21,848 nt of DNA from Candidatus Woesearchaeota archaeon (GTDB lineage Archaea; Nanobdellota; Nanobdellia; Woesearchaeales; SKGA01): the NCBI GenBank assembly GCA_016926395.1, contig JAFGOT010000005.1, positions 1 through 21,848 of the forward strand, in the 5' to 3' direction. Shown in pieces: positions 1 to 7,374 of this stretch; position 1 is the first letter of the stretch; the number at the start of each line of letters is the position of its first letter. Position numbers and translations under genes: made by a program. A model generated the notes under the pieces. It was given only the letters and a program-made list of their open reading frames with translations, did not search any database and had not been told where the DNA came from.

Positions 1-89
1 CCGAACCCATTTCGAACTCGGAAGTCAAGCGCGCCTACGTTTTGCATTGTACTGCGCTTACGCGCGGGAACTGTAGAAAGCTGTCCAAC
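1..89 (+). rRNA. rrf: 5S rRNA (5'-truncated by the window edge)
   Basis: CCGAACCCATTTCGAACTCGGAAGTCAAGC matches the conserved 5S loop C/helix III region. A loop E-like GTA...GAA flanks the stem CTGCGC-TTAC-GCGCGG. GC-rich, followed by a T-rich tract. The 3' end is approximate. Confidence 0.88.
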
Positions 90-257
90 TTTCTTAAAAA
101 ATTAAAAACACTAAATAGCAATCTTCTCGCGCTACTGAAAGTGCGCATCGGTTCGTCTGGACGAAAACAGACGTAGGAAGCTATCTATCTTTCTATATCC
201 ATTAAATTTTAATAATAAGAAATCAAATCACTAAAAAAATAATTTACAAAGTTAAAT

Positions 258-830
258 TTAAGAATTGTCCCAAGAAGTACACGTATAACCATTATCACAA
301 CTTATTGCGCCAGGAGTATTATAATAAGTATCATAAACTGTTCTATCAGAAGAAACATCAGAAACTATTTCTGCAGTTGCTAAATCAGGTAATGAGCCAG
401 CAACATTATCCTCATAAATTATTTTAGCTTGAAAACGATCTTTCTTTTTCAAACCCAAATCACCAACACCTAAAGTAGTATAATCACAAGAAACAGTAAT
501 ATTATCTCCTCTAGCTAAAGTGTAGGGAGTAGAATCAGATAAGTTAATTAGAACGCCCTCGTCAGATCTTGGGAAAATACATAAAACCTTAGTTATATTA
601 ATTTCGCCACTTAGCTGACTAACAATTTCAAAAGAAAACGACCCATCAGATTGGGCAATATAAGCAGAACACAAAAAAGCTTCATCAAAAGAACACTGTG
701 AAGGAAGCCTATCTCCAATATTAGTTACGCCAAAATAACCCATCAAACCCAGAATTGCAACAAGAATGATAAAAGACCAACCATAAGTGGTTAAGAATTC
801 AATAGCTGCTTGTGCTCGTTTAGATTTCAT
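258..830 (-). CDS. Class III signal peptide protein (archaeal type IV pilin-like), 190 aa
   Basis: N-terminus MKSKRAQ-AAIEFLTTYGWSFIILVAILGLMGYFGV has a basic leader, an (A/G)Q cleavage context, a conserved Glu and a hydrophobic helix. SD-like GGTGA upstream. Confidence 0.85.
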   Translation of the reverse strand: MKSKRAQAAIEFLTTYGWSFIILVAILGLMGYFGVTNIGDRLPSQCSFDEAFLCSAYIAQSDGSFSFEIVSQLSGEINITKVLCIFPRSDEGVLINLSDSTPYTLARGDNITVSCDYTTLGVGDLGLKKKDRFQAKIIYEDNVAGSLPDLATAEIVSDVSSDRTVYDTYYNTPGAISCDNGYTCTSWDNS

Positions 831-875
831 TAAAGCTCACCAAAATAGAATAAAAAGAAAAAGTAAAAAGAAGGT

Positions 876-1394
876 CTAACCTTCTACAACAGTTGTGGTA
901 ATAGTACCAGTTGAAGTTGATTCAATTGCGCCACCAGCATTAGCACGGTATCTTAAAACAATATCATAAGTTCCTTTTTCACCAGCATAAATACCACATG
1001 AAGAACCTATATCATTACCAGCTCGATCGAATAACAAATCTTGTTCTTGTCGTGGAAGTACTTGAATTTCCCCGCCAAGAGCAAACTGACAGAATTGTTT
1101 ACCATCATTTGACATTGAACGTTCTAAAAGGTCAACACCTACAACGTACATATCTTTTTCACCAATATTCTTTATTCTTAACTGAACTTGATCAGTTGCA
1201 GTTCCGTTGTTTATCTGCCAAGAAAGACATTCAATATTTGTACCTGAGAAAGTACAAGAATCTGGAAGTTTTGCTTTAAAGTCAAATACTCCAAAGTAAC
1301 TTAATCCACCAATCATAACCAAAATAACCAAGAATGCCCAACCATAAGTAGTTAAGAATTCAAGTGCTGCTTGACCTTTATTAAAAAATTTCAT
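876..1394 (-). CDS. Class III signal peptide protein (archaeal type IV pilin-like), paralog of the downstream gene
   Basis: MKFFNKGQ-AALEFLTTYGWAFLVILVMIGGLSYFGV. Start moved from the track's GTG at 1406 to ATG at 1394 because that GTG lies within the SD GAGGTGA. Confidence 0.85.
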   Translation of the reverse strand: MKFFNKGQAALEFLTTYGWAFLVILVMIGGLSYFGVFDFKAKLPDSCTFSGTNIECLSWQINNGTATDQVQLRIKNIGEKDMYVVGVDLLERSMSNDGKQFCQFALGGEIQVLPRQEQDLLFDRAGNDIGSSCGIYAGEKGTYDIVLRYRANAGGAIESTSTGTITTTVVEG

Positions 1395-1470
1395 AGTTTT
1401 ATTCACCTCACACCAAAGTGCGCATATAAGCGGTTAACGCGATAATTAGTATTAAATCCCTTTTAATCAT

Positions 1471-1515
1471 ATTTAAATCTTTCGCAGAAAGATAAAGGAT
1501 TTATTTATAAATAAA
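1471..1515. promoter_or_regulatory. Divergent BRE/TATA promoter region (pilins on minus, yhbY on plus)
   Basis: Minus strand reads GCGAAAG-ATTTAAAT (BRE plus TATA). Plus strand has TTTATAAATA about 25 nt upstream of the yhbY ATG. An inverted repeat ATCTTTC-GCA-GAAAGAT (1477-1493) lies between them. Confidence 0.55.
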
Positions 1516-1534
1516 GAACAATTTCCAGAATAAA

Positions 1535-1804
1535 ATGAATGCAGAAGATAAAAAGAAATTTCGGTCTCAAGCAAAAAACTTACGACCATTTATTATAATT
1601 AGCAAGAGCGGAATTAGTGACAACGTCATCGAAAATATTTCCAAAAATCTAAAAGCAAACAAACTTACAAAAATTAAACTTCTAAAAGAATATGTTGATT
1701 CAGTAGAGCAAGATAAAAAAGAGCTAGCTCAAATGATCGCTGAAAAAACAAAATCTGAACTAATCGATCAAGTTGGTCAAATGATTGTTCTGTATAAAAG
1801 ATAA
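1535..1804 (+). CDS. yhbY: YhbY/CRM-domain RNA-binding protein
   Basis: 89 aa with the YhbY/CRS1 pattern: R..A..L.P...I.K.GI...VI..I...L....L.KIK and the terminal LI.QVG..IVLYK. Confidence 0.88.
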   Translation: MNAEDKKKFRSQAKNLRPFIIISKSGISDNVIENISKNLKANKLTKIKLLKEYVDSVEQDKKELAQMIAEKTKSELIDQVGQMIVLYKR

Positions 1805-1872
1805 AAATTTTAAAATTCTTGAGAAATAGAACATCAATTAAAATTTAAAAGAAAAAAGTAAGGCAAAAAGCC

Positions 1873-2136
1873 TTAAAGTTTTTTCAAGTTTGCACTTGCA
1901 GTAAATTTAAGTGCTTTCCGTGCTGGAATTTTAAGTTTTTCACCAGTCATTGGATTGATACCAACTCGTGCTTTTCTTTTAACAGGTTTGAAAGTACCTA
2001 AACCAACTAATTGAACAGGTTCTTTTTTAACTGTTTTTCCAACGGTTGCGATAAGTTCTCGAACGATTTCATCAACTTGGGATTTTGGATATCCTGTCGC
2101 ACCAGCAATAGCTTCTACTAATTCTCCTTTATTCAT
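1873..2136 (-). CDS. hup: HU-family (bacterial histone-like) DNA-binding protein, 87 aa
   Basis: MNKGELVEAIA...VQLVGLGTFK...RKARVGINPMTGEKLKIPA...KFTAS is the HU signature. Start set at ATG 2136, downstream of SD GGGTGA; the track's GTG at 2148 lies within that SD. Confidence 0.95.
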   Translation of the reverse strand: MNKGELVEAIAGATGYPKSQVDEIVRELIATVGKTVKKEPVQLVGLGTFKPVKRKARVGINPMTGEKLKIPARKALKFTASANLKKL

Positions 2137-2303
2137 AGTATTATTCACCCTTTATGGATTTTCATTTCTCCCCCCAAAACATTAGGAAGATGTGATGTTT
2201 TTAGAAGTAACCATTTAAATACTTTTTCATTTTTAGTCCTATGAAAGGCCGATGATTACGACAAAGTAAGCAAAATGATTGTTCAAAATATTGTTAGTGA
2301 ACT

Positions 2304-2693
2304 TTAGTTCTTGTAAACACCACGATCTAAAGTAACAGAATTTGCACTCCAAGAAATCTTAGAACCAAGCTTAATATTGTGTTTTGTAACAGTATCAGCG
2401 GGTAATTCAATAAAAGTAGAAAAATAATTTTTTGGAAAATAATTTCTAAAAGGCCTAAGGGAAGACACTATTTCAACTATTGTGTTTTTATTATCTAAGA
2501 ACAAAATATCAATAGGATAAAAAACAAAAACCATAGTGATAGCTAATTTAACTGGTTTTTTAAAAACAAAAACATAGGCAAAGGGTTTTTTTGGAAATCT
2601 AAATGTCAAGCCCATTCCGTGCTTGAACATATTGTCACAAACAGTAACGTTATTTGATAACAAAATTGAAGACATAGTAAGAATGAGATACAT
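2304..2693 (-). CDS. DUF192 family protein
   Basis: GLTFR...YVFVF...ITMVFVFYPIDILFLD...FIELPA...I..G pattern. The real start may be ATG 2675, leaderless relative to the TATA at 2699-2708. Confidence 0.8.
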   Translation of the reverse strand: MYLILTMSSILLSNNVTVCDNMFKHGMGLTFRFPKKPFAYVFVFKKPVKLAITMVFVFYPIDILFLDNKNTIVEIVSSLRPFRNYFPKNYFSTFIELPADTVTKHNIKLGSKISWSANSVTLDRGVYKN

Positions 2694-2698
2694 ATAAG

Positions 2699-2708
2699 TA
2701 TATAAATA
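2699..2708. promoter_or_regulatory. TATA box, probably bidirectional (DUF192 / zinc-ribbon-cls)
   Basis: TATATAAATA lies about 21-24 nt from ATG 2729 (+) and from ATG 2675 (-), which fits leaderless transcripts. Confidence 0.5.
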
Positions 2709-2728
2709 TAGTTAATCCGTTATGGAAC

Positions 2729-2863
2729 ATGACATTAACATGTGAAGCTTGCGGAAGTATGATGAGAAAAGTCGCTACAATGAATAGCGGTAATGCCATT
2801 TTTGAAACTTGGCAGTGCAATAAATGCAGTAACAGAAAACAGAAATGTGTGGGTTTGCAGTGA
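2729..2863 (+). CDS. Small zinc-ribbon microprotein, 44 aa (not in the ORF track)
   Basis: Manual translation gives MTLTCEACGSMMRKVATMNSGNAIFETWQCNKCSNRKQKCVGLQ*, with two CxxC knuckles 21 residues apart. It starts at leaderless distance from a TATA box, and its stop TGA is 1 nt before the next ATG. Confidence 0.78.
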   Translation: MTLTCEACGSMMRKVATMNSGNAIFETWQCNKCSNRKQKCVGLQ

Positions 2864-2864
2864 A

Positions 2865-3953
2865 ATGAGTAATGAATACGTTCTTTTTTGGGAACCAAAA
2901 CACGCGTTTGAGAAAGTCTTTTCTGATTTAAAAAAAGCAAAGAAATCTATCCACATAGAAACATTCATGTTCGGAAGTGATTTAGTAGGAAAAGAATTAA
3001 TTGATATTCTAGCAAAAAAATCTATGAAAATACCAGTAACGCTAATTGTTGACGGTTATGGACTTCAAAATATGAACAAATCATTTAGAAAAAAAATAGA
3101 TGAATCAAAAATAAAATTTGTAGTATTTAACCCATTATGGCAACAAATAAGAAGATTTAACATACGACGATGGTTTAGAACATTACCATATAGAAATCAT
3201 CGAAAAGTAACAATAATTGACGGAGAAATTGCATATGTTGGTGGGATGAACTATCATCACGATGAATTAAAATGGCACGATTTATTTTCAAGAATTAAAG
3301 GTCCTATAGTAAATCAATTATTAAACTCAGCCAGAGAAATGACAAAAATAGCAACCAGAAAAAAAACCGAACGAAGAAAGATAAAAAAACAAAACACAAT
3401 GATATATACCACAAAAGATTGTATAACAAGACAAATACCTCTTTCAAAACACAGACCATTAAAAAAACAATTAAAACAAATTCTTAGAACAGCAAAAAAA
3501 GAAGTAAGAATGACAACACCTTATTTTATTCCAGACCCTCATTTTCATCAACTCCTACATGCAACAACTAAAAGAGGAGTAAGAATTAAACTAATAGTCC
3601 CAAGAAGATCAGATAGAAATGTTGCAGACATCCTTACAAATATGAATTTATTTATTGCAAATAAAGCAGGCGTAGAAATAAGATTTCTAGGTAAAATGAC
3701 ACATGCAAAATACATCGTAGCCGATGACTATATGTGTAGTTTTGGATCATCGAATATGGATTATCAATCATTTTACAACAACTACGAATTAAATATTACA
3801 AGCAAGAATAAGAAACTATCATTAGAGCTACAAAACCAATTCGACAAAGATTGGAACAAATCCAAACCATTTGAAATTAACTTATGGAATAACAGATCCA
3901 AACGTCGTAAACTAATGGAAAAAATACTTCAACCATTTAAGAAATATTTCTAG
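2865..3953 (+). CDS. cls: Cardiolipin synthase-like phospholipase D (two HKD motifs, no N-terminal TM segment; ClsB-like architecture)
   Basis: HRKVTIIDGEIAYVGGMN and HAKYIVADDYMCSFGSSN, plus IHIETFMF, LIVDGYG and TTPYFIPD. Start revised to ATG 2865 because the track's 2793 start overlaps the zinc-ribbon ORF. Confidence 0.85.
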   Translation: MSNEYVLFWEPKHAFEKVFSDLKKAKKSIHIETFMFGSDLVGKELIDILAKKSMKIPVTLIVDGYGLQNMNKSFRKKIDESKIKFVVFNPLWQQIRRFNIRRWFRTLPYRNHRKVTIIDGEIAYVGGMNYHHDELKWHDLFSRIKGPIVNQLLNSAREMTKIATRKKTERRKIKKQNTMIYTTKDCITRQIPLSKHRPLKKQLKQILRTAKKEVRMTTPYFIPDPHFHQLLHATTKRGVRIKLIVPRRSDRNVADILTNMNLFIANKAGVEIRFLGKMTHAKYIVADDYMCSFGSSNMDYQSFYNNYELNITSKNKKLSLELQNQFDKDWNKSKPFEINLWNNRSKRRKLMEKILQPFKKYF

Positions 3954-3956
3954 AAA

Positions 3957-4319
3957 CTATAACAAAGGAACATCTTTAGTTATTTTATCTAATTCGCTAG
4001 ATTTGTCAGGACCAATAGCACCACAAGTAACAGTGCCTGGAGCAACAACAGTTTTACCCGCATCAGTAATTACAGAAGTAACCAAACCTAAATCTTTAGC
4101 CTGTTGAATATATTTGTAAAGTTCTTTTTCATCAGCAACTTTGACAGCAATTTTTCGCATCCCTTCATTTTTCCAAGATTTAACAACATCTTTTCCCAAA
4201 GTAGAAGACATTTGTTTTAAAACAGCATCAACACTTGCATGAGCAGCTTGGGCTGCAATCTTTCCTTTAGGAAGTTTCAAATCATTTCTAATAAGAATCA
4301 CTTGTTTATAATCATCCAA
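3957..4319 (-). CDS. pth2: Peptidyl-tRNA hydrolase, archaeal/eukaryal type
   Basis: KQVILIRNDL, KGKIAAQAAHAS, DAGKT and T..AIGP motifs; 120 aa. Confidence 0.95.
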   Translation of the reverse strand: MDDYKQVILIRNDLKLPKGKIAAQAAHASVDAVLKQMSSTLGKDVVKSWKNEGMRKIAVKVADEKELYKYIQQAKDLGLVTSVITDAGKTVVAPGTVTCGAIGPDKSSELDKITKDVPLL

Positions 4320-4320
4320 C

Positions 4321-4536
4321 TCACTTCACCTTACCTAACTCATAAACAATATTAAACATAGAAATTACTGAAAAAATAATAACAATCCCATTAATCAAAG
4401 TTGCTGACATTCCAACATCAATTATAGGTCTATTATGAAGTAAATTCACAAAAGCAAGAACAAAAACTACCGAAAATAAGACTTGTAAAGTCATCAAACC
4501 CGTTATTAGTTTTCTTCGATAAATTTTTAACATCAA
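4321..4536 (-). CDS. Small two-TM membrane protein, unknown function
   Basis: 71 aa with two hydrophobic stretches. Its stop is 1 nt before the pth2 ATG, suggesting translational coupling. Confidence 0.65.
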   Translation of the reverse strand: MMLKIYRRKLITGLMTLQVLFSVVFVLAFVNLLHNRPIIDVGMSATLINGIVIIFSVISMFNIVYELGKVK

Positions 4537-4607
4537 TTGTCAACAAGATTATCGAGTATTTATGTGTTGCGATTAAATTTATAAATAATAAAAAACAAAA
4601 TCAAACA

Positions 4608-5586
4608 ATGACGTCTGTTTTTATTATTGGCGCTGGAAGTTTTGGAACAGCCTTGGCTCAAGTTTGGAGTAAAACATTAGATGTTACAATATACGGAAAT
4701 AACAATAAAGTAATTTATGAGATAAATAATAAAAAAACTAATGAGAAATATCTTTCTGGAATAAAACTGCATAAAAATATAGTGGCAACAAATAATTTGT
4801 CAGAAGTAAAACAATCTAAAATAATAATTCTTGCAATCCCATCATATGCAGTTAAAGAAGTATTAAAGAATTAAAACCACACATTAAACGACAAACAATA
4901 ATATCTACAACGAAAGGAATTGATGATAAAGGTCAAGTAATGACAGACATCATTGAAAAGAATCTACGAGTAAAAAAAAGCAAAGTTTATGCAATATCAG
5001 GACCAAGTATCGCAAAAGAAGTTGCTAGTGGGCACCATACAGTTTTAGTTCTTGGCGGAACGAAAAATAAAAATGGCAGATTTGTTGAGAGAGTTCTTAG
5101 AACAGATAAAATGCACATAACACTTAGCAGCGACAAAGACGGAATTCAACTTCTAGGGTTTTATAAAAATGTTATTGCAATATTAGTTGGAATATGTGAA
5201 GAATTAGGGGGGGAAATAATTTTAAAACAGCACTAATAAGCAGAGCATACAGTCAATTCTATAAAACTAACAAAAAAAGAATTGCTAAACACACATTTGT
5301 TGGACCAGCAGGAATAGGAGATCTCTTTGTAACAGCAAGCTCAATACAATCAAGAAACCACCAGTTTGGAAAAATGCTTGTTAAACATAACTCAATAAAA
5401 GAAATAAAAGACAAAATAGGACATATTGTTGAAGGGTATGAAAGCATGCACAAATTGAAACAATCAGCATATCCACACTTTGATTCAAAGCTAATCATTC
5501 TTATGAAACAAATAAATAGAACAAAAGATAGAAAAAAAATGGAAAAACTACTTCTTAATTATCTTAATTACGAAGATGAAAAATAA
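4608..5586 (+). pseudogene. gpsA: NAD(P)H-dependent glycerol-3-phosphate dehydrogenase split by two -1 frameshifts (pseudogene, recoded gene or sequence error)
   Basis: The three fragments carry GAGSFGTALA, TTKGID, ISGPSIAKEVA, KNVIAI and AGIGDLFVTASSIQSRN. Adding one A at 4865-4867 and one G at 5207-5213 gives a stop-free ORF of about 326 aa. Confidence 0.88.
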
Positions 5587-5700
5587 TTCTCAATAATTAA
5601 TTCATTATGGACAACATATAGAATTTAAAGTAAACAAAACATTTGCGAAGTGCTAACAAAATAAAATTAAAAAAATAAATCCGAGTCATCCAAAATACAA

Positions 5701-7374
5701 CTAAAGGATAGACTCAAGGTTTAACTCAAAAGCAGCAACAGGAGTTGTCAATCCAAAGTTGATAAGAACTTGAGGATTTAATTCTCCAATGATTCCAATT
5801 GCAATATCGTCAAAAATAATAACGCCTGCTCGTCCTTTAATAAAAGAAGGATGATTAGTTGGTTTAATTGAAATGTTAATCCCTCTTGTTAACAACAAAG
5901 AATCAAGAACTTGTTTAATTTGAGTAAAAGTAACAGCCCTATCAGTTATCATAGCTGACAAGTGCATCTCGTTTCTTGCCTTAACATCTTTAGATAAATC
6001 AGGAAGAACAACAAAATCGCCTTCAAAAATTTTCTGAGGAAGAGGTTGATTTCTGTTATTTGCAAGTGATTTAAGTTGTTCAGGAATAATACTTATTCGC
6101 ATCATCCCTTGGGTTTCATTTCCATTAGCCACAGGAACAAAACCGACATGATCTTCGGATAGATTCATTTTATCTAATTGATCTGACTTTGCAGTTAAAC
6201 CAAAAGTATAAGTTTCAAGAAAACCCAAACCAACCATAACATCTGAAAACTCTTCTCTAAGATCGGACAATTCTAAAGTTGAACCAATCGTTGAAACATT
6301 AGGAAAGGTTAGTGGAAGATTATTATAACCATAAGCCCTAGCAACATCTTCAGCAATATCAACTTCATGCCATAAATCTCGTCTGAAAGCAGGCGCAAGC
6401 AAAGAAAAAACAGCTTCTCCATTCTCAGTGGTCTTAATATCTTTAACAACATACATCATTTTTTCAAGAAGAACTTTTAATTCTTCAACAGACAAATCCA
6501 AACCAATATAATGTTTTAGAGTTTTAGTTGAAAACAATTTTTCTTGATAATCAATTTTAGGAGTTACTTCACTTTCTTGACCTTCATAGTTTAAAGTCAT
6601 AGAATATATATCTCCACCCATGTCAGCAAACATACAAACTAGATTAGTCAACAATTCATTTAATAAAACCTTATCAAAACCACTACACTCAATAAAAATA
6701 TCTTTGGTATCAACAGTCACTCGACCGGTAGCTTCAGAGTTAATTATTGGAGGCATTGAAAGAATATTATTAGCAGCATCAACAAAGTAAGGAAACAAAT
6801 CTTTTCCCTCTAAAAGGTGAGCGTATTCTTTTCCAGTCTCATGCTCTTGTAATATCTCAAGACCATTCATTTGTCTATTTGAACCAAGAGGTTGAAAAAC
6901 AATATTTTGAGGAAAATCAGCTGTAAAAGTTATTGGTAAAGTGATGTGTTCCAAAGGATAAATACCAATAGCGCCTTTTTTTCTACCCCGAGCAAGAGTT
7001 GAATGTAATTTTTCTTGAACATCAATAATTTCTTTGATTCGTTCATCAGATAAATTAAGGTTCTTGACAATAGAACAAACAGTAAACGGCCTAACATCAG
7101 TAAGCTTTGAACTTATATTAACAACATAATCACTGTTTTTAGCACCATAAATTGGAACTCTAGCAATACCTAAAAAAGATCTTAATGCTCTGGCCAAACC
7201 TTGTAGACTAAGAAGGTCTAAACGTTCTGCAGTAACTTCAACAGCAATATCATCACCTTCAACTTCCTCAAGCTCCATTCCCATATCAAATAAAGCAGAA
7301 CGAAGTTCATCAACAGTTAAATCTTTTCCAATAGCTTCAATTAAAGAAGAGAAGCTCATACTAGTAGTTGGCAT
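5701..7374 (-). CDS. pheT: Phenylalanine-tRNA ligase beta subunit, archaeal/eukaryal short type
   Basis: 557 aa. RLDLLS..GLARAL, QEKLH...R.R...AIG, ILSMPPIINS, R.DL.H..DI.EDVARAYGYNN. SD GGAGGTGA upstream; start overlaps the pheS stop (TGATG). Confidence 0.96.
   Translation of the reverse strand: MPTTSMSFSSLIEAIGKDLTVDELRSALFDMGMELEEVEGDDIAVEVTAERLDLLSLQGLARALRSFLGIARVPIYGAKNSDYVVNISSKLTDVRPFTVCSIVKNLNLSDERIKEIIDVQEKLHSTLARGRKKGAIGIYPLEHITLPITFTADFPQNIVFQPLGSNRQMNGLEILQEHETGKEYAHLLEGKDLFPYFVDAANNILSMPPIINSEATGRVTVDTKDIFIECSGFDKVLLNELLTNLVCMFADMGGDIYSMTLNYEGQESEVTPKIDYQEKLFSTKTLKHYIGLDLSVEELKVLLEKMMYVVKDIKTTENGEAVFSLLAPAFRRDLWHEVDIAEDVARAYGYNNLPLTFPNVSTIGSTLELSDLREEFSDVMVGLGFLETYTFGLTAKSDQLDKMNLSEDHVGFVPVANGNETQGMMRISIIPEQLKSLANNRNQPLPQKIFEGDFVVLPDLSKDVKARNEMHLSAMITDRAVTFTQIKQVLDSLLLTRGINISIKPTNHPSFIKGRAGVIIFDDIAIGIIGELNPQVLINFGLTTPVAAFELNLESIL

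Noticed and set aside
131-180. Hammerhead ribozyme or tRNA in the GC-rich patch after 5S
   Set aside because: CTGAAAG does not match the CUGANGA core, and there is no cloverleaf or T-loop consensus.
1500-1515. Perfect 16-bp palindrome TTTATTTATAAATAAA
   Set aside because: Pure A/T and coincident with the TATA box of yhbY; explained by promoter composition.
2185-2300. C/D box sRNA between HU and DUF192
   Set aside because: Only an imperfect box C (GTGATGT) and no box D (CTGA) at a suitable distance.
2793-2864. N-terminal extension of Cls given by the ORF track
   Set aside because: It overlaps the better-supported zinc-ribbon ORF in another frame; ATG 2865 directly follows that ORF's stop.
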